Made by a program: the position numbers and the translations under genes. Below the pieces are notes generated by a model. That model made no database searches, was not told the origin of the DNA, and worked only from the letters and a program-made list of their open reading frames with translations. A stretch of 64,000 bases of DNA from Macrostomum lignano (taxonomy: Eukaryota). The stretch lies in NCBI GenBank assembly GCA_002269645.1, contig NIVC01001023.1, positions 186,001 through 250,000 of the forward strand. The letters run 5' to 3'. Below, in pieces: positions 1 through 11,348 of the stretch; position 1 is the stretch's first letter; every line of letters starts with the position of its first letter.

Positions 1-114
1 GGTGTGCATTGACTGGGCTGGGTAATTAGGGGGGAAGGGGTTGGCAGGTATTGTGTACATTCTGGGCAGATTAATTACTGATTTTTTTCAAATTTTCAAA
101 TATCAACTTTGCAG

Positions 115-243
115 TTTCGGCGACCCCCTGATCAGCCACGATGGCGGCGGCTCTGGTGGTTACCTGGACTGCGTCCTGAGGTTGTCCAGTCAGCGACTAC
201 TTGGGACCCAGCCTGAACTGCCGTTGAAGCTCACTTCGCTCAG
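115..243 (+). CDS. NARFL: NARFL/CIAO3 (Nar1/IOP1, cytosolic Fe-S assembly, Fe-only hydrogenase-like) internal exon; gene begins upstream of the window
   Basis: Acceptor tttgcag|T at 114/115, donor CAG|gtaag at 243/244. Encodes FGDPLISHDGGGSGGYLDCVLRLSSQRLLG, matching the Nar1 GGGSGGY motif. Confidence 0.9.
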
Positions 244-296
244 GTAAGAATTTTATGTACCTGTTTTTTTCGGGTGAGCTTTCACATTAGATTCTC

Positions 297-480
297 AGTT
301 TCTGTATAATCTCAGGGAAGATTCCCAGTTTCTGTATAATCTCAGGGGAGATTCCCAGTTTCTGTATAATCTCAGGGGAGATTCCCAGTTTCTGTATAAT
401 CTCAGGTGAGATTCTTAGTTTCTGTATAATCTCAGGTGAGATTCCTAGTTTCTGGTAATCTCAGGGGAGATTCCCAGTTT
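297..480. repeat. 30-bp minisatellite (cagtttctgtataatctcaggggagattcc) in a NARFL intron, about 6 copies
   Basis: Visible 30-bp periodicity. Confidence 0.95.
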
Positions 481-526
481 CTAAAAAGTGCCTGCAAAAT
501 GTTTTCATTGTTTTTTCTGCTTTCAG

Positions 527-690
527 GAACAAGGACATCCAGGAAATTGAGGTCACCAGCCCATCTGATCCTGACAAGAAGTTGCGCTTTGCCCTGGCCT
601 ATGGATTTCGTAACATCCAAAATATTGTGCAACAGATTAAACGGAAGAAGTGCAAATACGATTTCCTGGAAATTATGGCCTGTCCGTCAG
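527..690 (+). CDS. NARFL: NARFL/CIAO3 penultimate coding exon
   Basis: tttcag|GAAC acceptor, CAG|gtagg donor. Encodes (R)NKDIQEIEV...LRFALAYGFRNIQNIVQQIKRKKCKYDFLEIMACPS(G), with the hallmark YGFRNIQN and EIMACP motifs. Phase is consistent with both neighbouring exons. Confidence 0.95.
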
Positions 691-780
691 GTAGGAGGCC
701 GATTGACGGGTTTAAAACGTTGGTTCACTCGCACCCAAACCTAAACCCATCTACTAAACACATTCTGAACCACCCATACC

Positions 781-1001
781 CATCCTGAACTACCCGAACC
801 CATCCTGAACTACCCAAACCCATTCTGAACTACCCAAACCCATTCTGAACTACCCAAACCCATCCTGAACTACCCGAACCCATCCTGAACTACCCAAACC
901 CATTCTGAACTACCCAAACCCATTCTGAACTTCCCAAACCCATCCTGAACTACCCAAACCCATTCTGAACTTCCCAAACCCATCCTGAACTACCCGAACC
1001 C
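781..1001. repeat. 20-bp minisatellite (catcctgaactacccgaacc) in a NARFL intron, about 11 copies
   Basis: Visible 20-bp periodicity. Confidence 0.95.
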
Positions 1002-1018
1002 ACTCCAATCTGCCGCAG

Positions 1019-1266
1019 GCTGCCTGAACGGAGGCGGTCAGTTGCGTCCTACCGATCCGGAGGCCTCCAGCCCAGCCGAGCTGCTGCAGGCGGTGTCCGC
1101 TGTGTACAGCTCCCTACCTTCCATCGCGAACCCCCTGTCTGAGCCGGAGCCGCTGATGTCAGCCTGGCAGCAGTGGACGCCGGAGCAGCGGGCCGAATTT
1201 CTGCACACCGAGTATCACGAAGTGGAGCGAGTTGAAATCATCAACCCTATGGCTATTAAATGGTGA
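1019..1266 (+). CDS. NARFL: NARFL/CIAO3 last coding exon
   Basis: ccgcag|GC acceptor completes ACPSG-CLNGGGQ. Ends LHTEYHEVE...MAIKW-TGA, with the conserved C-terminal Trp, followed by a second TGA. Confidence 0.95.
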
Positions 1267-1609
1267 TGAGCAATGGACAACATGTGGGCCGTGACTGTTT
1301 GAAGGCTTGAATTTGCTAATGCTGATTTCATTTTTTCAAACTTTTATTAATCTTTTTTATTGGAAGTCTTTCGTTCGCCTGATTAACGTTTTGCTTCCTT
1401 AGTAAATTGGCCATTCATATTGATTCTGTAGGTTGGCATTATGAATATATGATTATGATTATATTATGTATTATACTTCTTCACTGGCATTGATTCGATT
1501 TTGTCCCTGTTTTGATCCTTTGTCGCAGAACAACATGCGAGTTTTGAAATTTGGCTTTTTTATTCAATTTGAAGTCTGCTTTTTTTGGAGATGGGTTGGT
1601 ATTTCATCG

Positions 1610-1889
1610 ACTGTCTTTGCCTGTGTGCTTGTCTGTGTCTGACTGCCTGTGTGTCTGTCTGTCTGTCTGTCTGTCTGTCTGCCTGTCTGCCTGTCTGTCT
1701 GTTTGTCTGTCTGTCTGTCTTTCTGTCTGTCTGTCTGTCTGTCTGTCTTCTTGTCTGTCTGACTGTCTGTGTCTGTCTGTCTGTCTGTCTGACTGACTGT
1801 TTGTCTTTCAGTCTGTCTGACTGTCTGTCTGTCTGTCTGTCTTCTGACTGCGTGTCTTACTGTCAATCTGTCTGTCTGTCTGTCTGTCG

Positions 1890-1947
<58 letters not shown>

Positions 1948-2082
1948 GTCTTTCTGTCTGTCTGTCCGTCTGTCTGTGTCTGTCTGTCTGTCTGCCTGTC
2001 TGTCTGTCTGTCTTCTTGTCTGTCTGACTGTCTGTGTCTGTCTGTCTGTCTGACTGACTGTTTGTCTTTCAGTCTGTCTGAC

Positions 2083-2125
<43 letters not shown>

Positions 2126-2137
2126 GTCTGTCTGTCG

Positions 2138-2183
<46 letters not shown>

Positions 2184-2215
2184 ATGCCTGTCTGAATATA
2201 TCTCAGTCTGTCTCT
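1610..2215. repeat. Imperfect (CTGT)n microsatellite
   Basis: Direct reading; explains the LSVC and TDRQ pseudo-ORFs. Confidence 0.97.
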
Positions 2216-2284
2216 GTCGCATAACATCCTTCGCTGAGCCGCTCCTCTCGTACCTTCAGTTTGATTCACACCCTCAGCCAAGTC

Positions 2285-2302
2285 AATAAATTTCTCAATA
2301 AA
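2285..2302 (+). terminator. Two AATAAA hexamers; candidate NARFL polyadenylation signal
   Basis: aataaa at 2285-2290 and 2297-2302, downstream of the NARFL stop. Usage is unproven. Confidence 0.35.
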
Positions 2303-2890
2303 CAGGTTATTGTTAGGAAGTGAGGTCATAAACATCAGCACCAAGCCGAGAAGACCGTGTGTTTTTTTGTCGCGGCCACTTCAGCGGCAGGCGTTGATTT
2401 CTCGCACCCTGGCTTTTGCGTTGTAAATCAATGACATCTCCAGGATGCAATCGGGCCTCAGCATAAAGCAGTAAGCCTTTGAGTGAAAAAAATATGCGTA
2501 ATGTTCATAAAATCTACCTTGGAGCCGTGGCCCTTGGCTGAGCTTCCTTCCTTTTAGCGGCCAAAATACTTTTCCACTTGTCGTCTGTGCAGTGCAAGCT
2601 CTCCTGCTAATAACACTCAGGCTCACTGTTTATGGGCTAGGAATCAAGGATTTGTTTATCCTAAAAAACCGCTAAATGCTCCGTTGCTGCTAGCGCACTA
2701 GATATGCAAGTGCTTGAGGACTTCCTACACAAAGAAATTTCCTTGAGCTGTAGTCTGGACTTTTTTCACAGCCATTTTTCTGCACAGGAAACTTATAACA
2801 AGCATTTGTAACTTTCAGAAAAGGCTTTACTTGCACGTTTTTGCTTGACTTAGTCGGTTGTGTTGTCCGAAGGTCACTCATACTTCCAGA

Positions 2891-3526
2891 GGTTACTCAT
2901 CCACTGCCAAAGGAGTTACTCATCCACTGTCATAGTGGTTACCTCATCCACTGCCAAAGGAGTTACTCATCCACTGTCATAGTGGTTACCTCATCCACTG
3001 TCATAGTGGTTACTCATCCACTGCCAAAGGAGTTACTCATCCACTGTCATAGTGGTTACTCATCCACTGCCAAAGGAGTTACTCATCCACTGTCATAGTG
3101 GTTACTCATCCACTGCCAAAGGAGTTACTCATCCACTGTCATAGTGGTTACCTCATCCACTGCCAAAGGAGTTACTCATCCACTGTCATAGTGGTTACTC
3201 ATCCACTGCCAAAGGAGTTACTCATCCACTGTCATAGTGGTTACTCATCCACTGCCAAAGGAGTTACTCATCCACTGTCAAAGGGGTAATCATCCACTGT
3301 CAAAGGGGTAATCATCCACTGTCAAAGGGGTTACTCATCCACTGCCAAAGGAGTTACTCATCCACTGCCAAAGGAGTTACTCATCCACTGCCAAAGGAGT
3401 TACTCATCCACTGCCAAAGGAGTTACTCATCCACTGCCAAAGGAGTTACTCATCCACTGCCAAAGGAGTTACTCATCCACTGCCAAAGGAGTTACTCATC
3501 CACTGCCAAAGGAGTTACTCATCCAC
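2891..3526. repeat. About 23-bp minisatellite with two alternating variants (ggagttactcatccactgccaaa / gtggttactcatccactgtcata)
   Basis: Visible periodicity. Confidence 0.95.
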
Positions 3527-4799
3527 TAGCTGCCAAAAGCTTTCCATCGATGATCTATCAATTGAAGTTTGACTATATGCATGCGCCGCTAACGTCGGAA
3601 ATTCTGCGGCAACTCGGAGTTAACTTACCAAAACAGGGCTTCTCTTAGACCTTCTGACAGCAGCGATAATCATTAGCTCGCAAGCTTCAATTCCAGTTCA
3701 GTTGGTCCAAAAAATCCTTTAATAATCCTCTCAGAAAATAAGGAAGACTGTTCCAATTATACGCTTGCCTAGAAATTGCAGGCTTTAATCTTTTGCTTGA
3801 ATGCTTCCAGCTGATGCTACGCTCTGAAGGTTCCTTACTATTCGTTTTTTTAATTGCATAACGAGTATACGAGTATAACTAAGTTTGCTATAATATAATT
3901 GGTCTTTTTTAAACTTATAGTCTTATAATTTCACATGTTCCACGAGTGGAATTTCCTGTACCTAAAAATCATAATAATACATGGCACAGCTCGAATCTTT
4001 GGTTTTATGATTCTATTTTATTATCTTTGTTACACATATTTGTTACAACCAAAAAACATTTAAATGGTTCTTAGGCACGGGACACATGAAATTGTACGTA
4101 GAATAAAAAATTAACATAGAATCCTTATTTTCTGAACAAACAGCTTTATGAATATCAATAGAGCTATAAATAAGGTACAACCCTATATCTAAAAATTAAC
4201 ATTGGGTCTGCCTCCTATCGAATGCAGTAACCATTTTTGTGCTGAAAAAATGAAAAATTCCTATCTCCGTAGTACATTTTTGGCGAAAAGTGGCCTTCAA
4301 AACATTTTCCATAGATTTCGAGTGTTGCGCCCTTCTACTTGAGTAGTCCTTGCATTTGATTTCTGTACTCTACACGAGCAGCGTATCAATGTACGTGGAA
4401 TAAAATACGGGAGTTTTGGTGAATATTTTCTGACGACAATAGCATATCAATGCTGTTAACCCCTGTTAGGAGTGAAACTACCACTATTGTAGCTGCACTT
4501 TTACAGATGTACAGGTAATTACCTTATGTTTTGATATTTCACTGGTAAACAAGCGCTGCACCCCCGTCAGCCATTGAAATTGTAAACATGTCAAAATTGG
4601 CATGTTACAGACCTCGTCAATAGAAGCTTATCTTGATTTAAAACATCCCCCCCTTTTCTTTACATGTGCACGTCTGTTTGACTTCCTTTTGATGATGAAA
4701 GGGATCAATTAAGACGCGGGTCGGGTTTCCGATTTCCTTTGAATGTACGCATGCAGTTGCCATACCAGCTATGCAGCTTGCCATGCAGCCGCAGGCCCT

Positions 4800-5175
4800 C
4801 GTTTTGGCGCCGCAGCCAGAAATTCATTTTGGCGCCGCAGCCAGGAATTCATTTTGGCTCCGCAGGCACTCATTTTGGCTCCGCAGGCACTCATTTTGGC
4901 TCCGCAGGCGCTCATTTTGGCTTCGCAGGCACTCATTTTGGCTCCGCTGACACTCATTTTGGCGCCGGAGGCACTCATTTTGGCTCCGCAGACACTCATT
5001 TTGGCTCCGCAGGCACTCATTTTGGCTCCGCAGGCACTCATTTTGGCTCCGCAGACACTCATTTTAGCGCCCCAAAGACTCATTTTGGCGCCCCAGGCAC
5101 TCATTTTAGCTCCGCAGGCACTCATTTTGGCTCCGCAGGTACTCATTTTGCCGCCGCAGACACTCGTTTTGGCGC
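4800..5175. repeat. 21-bp minisatellite (ggctccgcaggcactcatttt)
   Basis: Visible periodicity; source of the HFGSAGT-repeat pseudo-ORF. Confidence 0.93.
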
Positions 5176-6108
5176 CATAGACAATTATTTTGGCTCTTCA
5201 GGCGGTCATTTTATCGGAAGAATCGCTATATTTTGGCGTCCTGAAGCAAAAAATATTGATTTCCATAACGTCTCATAACGTGGGGGAGGGAATATGAATT
5301 GGCATGTTCTCCCCATAGCTTTCACTGGGGGAAATGTCCCTCCTTTGTGCTCCACCCCCCAGGAGGCGACGCCACTGCGCACATCATGTACGGTACGGCA
5401 AAAAACTACAACTACAACTCTGTAGTCCATGCAGTTGATGAAACACACAGAGCTGTGCGCACCTGTCCCTCGCCGCGATAGGGGTGCCACCTGCTCGTAG
5501 CCTATCTTAATTTTGAGCAGTTTCTGTTATCTCTATTTCTCATCATTTGTTTCATTTTCTACAATTTGTGGATTCTTTTTAATTGAGTTTTTCTTCTTCA
5601 TCCACACTAAGGCTTTCGTATAGGTTTTGCAGATCTGGGTTAACAGTCACGTGCTGGGTTTCTTCTTCAGTATTGAAGCACCACGTCTGTTAGCATGCTG
5701 CATGGCAGGATTAACTATGCTGGATGCTGGATTAGCTAAAAGCAGCCTTGCTAATCCGGGTAGTCCTCTTTGATTTTGAGTTTTTTTCGCCACTCTGGTA
5801 AAGTAAAGAATATTAATCAGTTTTGGCCCTTTTTTCAATAATTGTTTTGCTACGACATAATGTTTTTTAAGGTTCGGAAAAGCAGAATTTATTGATTTCC
5901 ATAACTGCGTGACTTTTAGAGTTTTCTGAAGGCCGAAACATTTCTCTTGTAGGGTATTGGTGTTGCAGGTCGTGAGACTTTCTGTATCGACTTGGTTTAG
6001 CAATAGCAGGAAAATTGCTCATAGTCATACATTTGCATTTATCGTGACCCAAAAATATAAGAAAATTCGAGGATGAACTCTCGTGTAAATGCAGAACAGT
6101 GAAATACT

Positions 6109-7600
6109 CAAGCGACCCCAATGTACACTCTCTATAGGGCAGAATCTAAATCAAGCGACCCCAATGTACACTCTCTATAGGGCAGAATCTAAATCAAGCC
6201 ACCACAATGTACACTCTCTATAGGGCAGAATCTAAATCAAGCGACCCCAATGTACACTCTCCATAGGACAGAATCTAAATCAAGCCACCACAATGTACAC
6301 TCTCTATAGGGCAGAATCTAAATCAAGTGACCCCAATGTACACTCTCTATAGGGCAGAATCTAAATCAAGCCACCACAATGTACACTCTCTATAGGGCAG
6401 AATCTAAATCAAGCCACCACAATGTACACTCTCTATAGGGCAGAATCTAAATCAAGCCACCACAATGTACACTCTCTATAGGGCAGAATCTAAATCAAGC
6501 CACCACAATGTACACTCTCTATAGGACAGAATCTAAATCAAGCGACCCCAATGTACACTCTCTATAGGGCAGAATCTAAATCAAGTGACCCCAATGTACA
6601 CTCTCTATAGGGCAGAATCTAAATCAAGCCACCACAATGTACACTCTCTATAGGGCAGAATCTAAATCAAGCCACCACAATGTACACTCTCTATAGGGCA
6701 GAATCTAAATCAAGCGACCCCAATGTACACTCTCTATAGGACAGAATCTAAATCAAGCGACCCCAATGTACACTCTCTATAGGGCAGAATCTAAATCAAG
6801 CGACCCCAATGTACACTCTCTATAGGGCAGAATCTAAATCAAGCGACCCCAATGTACACTCTCTATAGGACAGAATCTAAATCAAGCGACCCCAATGTAC
6901 ACTCTCTATAGGGCAGAATCTAAATCAAGCGACCCCAATGTACACTCTCTATAGGGCAGAATCTAAATCAAGCCACCACAATGTACACTCTCTATAGGGC
7001 AGAATCTAAATCAAGCCACCCCAATGTACACTCTCTATAGGACAGAATCTAAATCAAGCGACCCCAATGTACACTCTCTATAGGACAGAATCTAAATCAA
7101 GCGACCACAATGTACACTCTCTATAGGGCAGAATCTAAATCAAGCGACCCCAATGTACACTCTCCATAGGACAGAATCTAAATCAAGCGACCCCAATGTA
7201 CACTCTCCATAGGACAGAATCTAAATCAAGCGACCCCAATGTACACTCTCTATAGGACAGAATCTAAATCAAGCGACCCCAATGTACACTCTCTATAGGA
7301 CAGAATCTAAATCAAGCGAACCCAGTGTACACTCTCTATAGGAGCAGAATCTAAATCAAGCGACCCCAATGTACACTCTCTATAGGAGCAGAATCTAAAT
7401 CAAGCGAACCCAGTGTACACTCTCTATAGGACAGAATCTAAATCAAGCGAACCCAGTGTACACTCTCTATAGGACAGAATCTAAATCAAGCGACCCCAAT
7501 GTACACTCTCTATAGGACAGAATCTAAATCAAGCGAACCCAGTGTACACTCTCTATAGGACAGAATCTAAATCAAGCGACCCCAATGTACACTCTCTATA
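6109..7600. repeat. 43-bp minisatellite (ctctctatagggcagaatctaaatcaagcgaccccaatgtaca), about 35 copies
   Basis: agcgacccca recurs at 6111, 6154 and onward (43-bp spacing). Confidence 0.97.
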
Positions 7601-8162
7601 GGATAGAAGCGAAATTTTCTAAGGTTTCCATTGAATTTGCGACCAATTTCAAGCTTTTTGTCGCCTCTGTGATGGAGTTGTGGATTGACTATTTTTTCTC
7701 TGGCAGAATTCTCTCGCCGCCACTCCAACATCATTGACAGTTTTTTTCGCGGCTGAAAAAGCACAAAAACTTGGTTTGAGTTGGAGGACTCAACTTGAGG
7801 GAGACTGCGTGGAAGAGGATGGAAACGAGCAACAACTTTACTGCTGTAGCTCGGCGCGGCAGATGAAGGAGGCTGGGGACTGAGCAATCGATAGTCGATT
7901 TGCCAAGCGCCCTAATCCGGTTTTCTGTCGAGTTTTCGGGTCCGCTTGGCGATGGCCAAAGCTTTCATGCTTGATGCTGTTTTAAAAGATTTTTTCTAAG
8001 TTTCTATTTTTCTAAGATATTTGCCAGAAAGTGTTGCGGCATCGCGAAATGACTCGCGACTGTTGCTTGAATCATTCTGCCACTGTCCGTTCTCCGTGAG
8101 CATCAATGTTTTTCTGCGATATTTTTGTGCCGAAACTGTTTCTTGACCAACAGTTTTTTCTT

Positions 8163-8965
8163 GATGAGGCAGATGGGTGTCAGATGAGGCAGATGGGTGT
8201 CAGATGGGGCAGATGGGTGTCAGATGAGGCAGATGGGTGTCAGATGGGGCAGATGGGTGTCAGATGGGGCAGATGGGTGTCAGATGAGGCAGATGGGTGT
8301 CACATGAGGCAGATGGGTGTCAGATGAGGCAGATGGGTGTCAGATAGGGCAGATGGGTGTCAGGTGAGGCAGTTAGGTGTCAGATGGGGCAGATGGGTGT
8401 CAGATGGGGCAGATGGGTGTCAGATAGGGCAGATGGGTGTCAGATGGGGCAGATGGGTGTCAGATGGGGCAGATGGGTGTCAGTGGGGCAGATGGGTGTC
8501 AGATGGGGCAGATGGGTGTCAGATGAGGCAATTGGGTCTCAGATGGGGCAGATGGGTGTCAGATGAGGTAGATGGGTGTCAGATGGGGCAGATGGGTGTC
8601 AGATGAGGCAGATGGTGTCAGATGGGGCAGTTGGGAGTCAGATGAGGCAGATGGTGTCAGATAGGGCAATTTGGTGTCAGATAGGGCAGATGGGTGTCAG
8701 ATGGGGCATGAGTTAGGTGTCAGATAGGGCAATTTGGTGTCAGATAGGGCAGATGGGTGTCAGATAGGGCATGAGTTGGGTGTCAGATAGGGCAGATGGG
8801 TGTCAGATGGGGCATGAGTTGGGTGTCAGATAGGGCAGATGGGTGTCAGATAGGGCATGAGTTGGGTGTCAGATAGGGCATGAGTTGGGTGTCAGATAGG
8901 GCAGATGGGTGTCAGATAGGGCATGAGTTGGGTGTCAGATAGGGCAGAGGGGTGTCAGATGAGGC
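8163..8965. repeat. 20-bp minisatellite (gatgaggcagatgggtgtca)
   Basis: Visible periodicity. Confidence 0.96.
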
Positions 8966-9077
8966 AAATGGTTGACAACTTCGCAAATGATCCAAGGAAA
9001 GTCAATATTTCCAAGGCGGCAGCCCTGCATTTTAACTGCTGTTTATAGTAACGAGTTGTCTTGTGTATTTTTGCACG

Positions 9078-9083
9078 TTTATT
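9078..9083 (-). terminator. Candidate polyadenylation signal of the SK gene
   Basis: AATAAA on the minus strand about 610 nt after the SK stop, just before the 20-bp array. Confidence 0.35.
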
Positions 9084-9691
9084 CATGCGACTAAAAATGA
9101 AACAGAGTTATGTATATTTCATGTACTGTAAAATAAAAAGACAGTATATAAGAGTCAGAGTCAAGCACATGGCTCCCACAGAGCATTACCAAATTAAAGA
9201 TTTCATGCTCTCATCATATGTATGCTCTCAGGTGCGTCATCGGTTTTATGCAAACAAACTATTGAATAGCTAACCAATCAGGTATAGGTGTGTACAGGTG
9301 GGGTGCGTTTATGGATTATCCCTATAATCTACTGTCACAGGTCACTGACTCGCTGCCTATGTACAAGTGAAAGCATTACTACCAGCATGCACTTTAACAT
9401 GGTTATATATAGCATGTGCAGTTGCGGAATGTCACACACTGAGATGAATCAATTTATCGACTTTAAATTCTGTCCTGTCCAGTTGTGAGCAGTGCTCCCC
9501 GGTACAAAAAGTACTCGAGAATGATAGAACCTGATGGAGAGGCAATATGATTAATAATAACCTGTTTTTTATATGCACTTTAGTTGAATGACTATGCCGA
9601 GAAAAAGACAATATTGTGTTGACAAACAAATAGCATTGCTTTTAAAAATAGCAGAGAGGTTAAACAGTGACTCAAAATTAACTCTGGTCAG

Positions 9692-9841
9692 TCAGTGGCC
9701 AATGGTCTGGTTGAAAGAAGCATTGGCCAGAACGTTTCTTCTAGTAGGTAGATGCTGCTGCTGCTGTTGCTGTTGCTGCTGTTGCTGCTGCGAACTGCCT
9801 GCTGTGTCTCTCAGAAGTCTTGGCAGATTCAACATCTGTTG
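9692..9841 (-). CDS. KCNN: SK/KCNN channel coding exon 9 (last): QQMLNLPRLLRDTAGSS-Q12-HLPTRRNVLANASFNQTIGH*
   Basis: ttgcag|CAA acceptor in phase 0 with exon 8. LNLPRLL continues the SK C-terminal coiled coil. 150 bp including TGA. Not present in the ORF track. Confidence 0.8.
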   Translation of the reverse strand, partial: QQMLNLPRLLRDTAGSSQQQQQQQQQQQQHLPTRRNVLANASFNQTIGH

Positions 9842-9927
9842 CTGCAATGCCAAGGTTGACAAAGTTTTTAATGAACATGTTGATTTTTAATGGTTAAGAC
9901 GAAATAATCTTAAAGTTATTTATCATT

Positions 9928-10722
9928 ACCCTGACTCATGAACCCTCACTGATGCTCATTGTGCTGACTCATGAGCCCTCACTGATGCTCATTGTGCTGA
10001 CTCATGAACCCTCACTGATGCTCATTGTGCTGACTCATGAACCCTCACTGATGCTCATTGTGCTGACTCATGAGCCCTCACTGATGCTCATTGTGCTGAC
10101 TCATGAACCCTCACTGATGCTCATTGTGCTGACTTATGAACACTCACTGATGCTCATTGTGCTGACTTATGAACACTCACTGATGCTCATTGTGCTGACT
10201 TATGAACACTCACTGATGCTCATTGTGCTGACTTATGAACACTCACTGATGCTCATTGTGCTGACTTATGAACCCTCACTGATGCTCATTGTGCTGACTC
10301 ATGAGCCCTCACTGATGCTCATTGTGCTGACTCATGAGCCCTCACTGATGCTCATTGTGCTGACTCATGAACCCTCACTGATGCTCATTGTGCTGACTCA
10401 TGAACCCTCACTGATGCTCATTGTGCTGACTCATGAACCCTCACTGATGCTCATTGTGCTGACTCATGAGCCCTCACTGATGCTCATTGTGCTGACTCAT
10501 GAACCCTCACTGATGCTCATTGTGCTGACTCATGAACCCTCACTCATGCTCATTGTGCTGACTTATGAACACTCACTGATGCTCATTGTGCTGACTCATG
10601 AGCCCTCACTGATGCTCATTGTGCTGACTCATGACCTATTGTCCTCATGCTCATTGTGCTGACTCATGACCTATTGTCCTCATGCTCATTGTGCTGACTC
10701 ATGACCTATTGTCCTCATGCTC
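9928..10722. repeat. 33-bp minisatellite (ctgactcatgaaccctcactgatgctcattgtg) in SK intron 8
   Basis: Visible periodicity; gives the 11-aa repeat pseudo-ORF MLIVLTHEPSL. Confidence 0.96.
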
Positions 10723-11348
10723 AGAGGTCTCAAGAGTTGCATAGAAGGACATTCAGAACTATTCGACACTCATTAGCCATTTTATAAAAAATGAATCCAA
10801 AATATTATCAGTTCATAAGTGCAAATATCCACTTGCAATGGCCGCTGTGCAAGTCCCTCACAGCGATATTGATTCCCAGGAGAAATCCCTCGACCAGCAC
10901 CCTCTCACGCCTGACGCCTGGAGCAATCCTCTTGAGAAATCAATAATCAGAGATCAGAGTCCGTTTAATTATATTTTTGAATTCGCGAAGAATCATTAAT
11001 CTGCGTGAGATCTCCCAGCTCTTTGGTATGCGCACGCATATTTGATTCTATTTTTTAAACTGATTTCGGATTCTCGGCTTCTGTCAGACGGAGTGAAAGC
11101 AAATAGGAAATCCAATAGAGCTGCAATCAGTGAGATCATTCACTGACTTTCCACACAGTTGCCGGCTAAATTGCTCACAATGGGGCCGTCATCGCTTCGA
11201 TAAAAGAGCCTCAGCTAATGGACCAGTTCTCCGCGATCCAATTTTTTTTTCAATTCAGAATTTTTCAGGAGAGGAAAAAACTTTCAACTTAAATTATGCA
11301 CACTATTCATTCGATTTTTTCTAGGTGAATATTTGCGCCCCTGCCCAT

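Noticed and set aside
4739-5278. 179-aa ORF with HFGSAGT repeats, reminiscent of FG-nucleoporins or antifreeze proteins
   Set aside because: It is a by-product of a 21-bp minisatellite that is open in several frames and on both strands, with no splice or domain context.
5365-5495. hAT-like end motifs (GGCGACGCCACTG and TAGGGGTGCCACC)
   Set aside because: No partner inverted ends or TSDs were found in the window, so no element could be delimited.
5647-6003. ORF with WKSINSAFPNL and LLANPASS, faintly like a hAT dimerisation domain
   Set aside because: The motif spacing is wrong, the SER/FS motif is absent, and no other transposase segments were recognised.
6109-7600. Regular 43-bp (and 62-bp) repeats as a possible CRISPR array
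   Set aside because: The units are head-to-tail with no unique spacers, there are no cas genes, and the context is eukaryotic.
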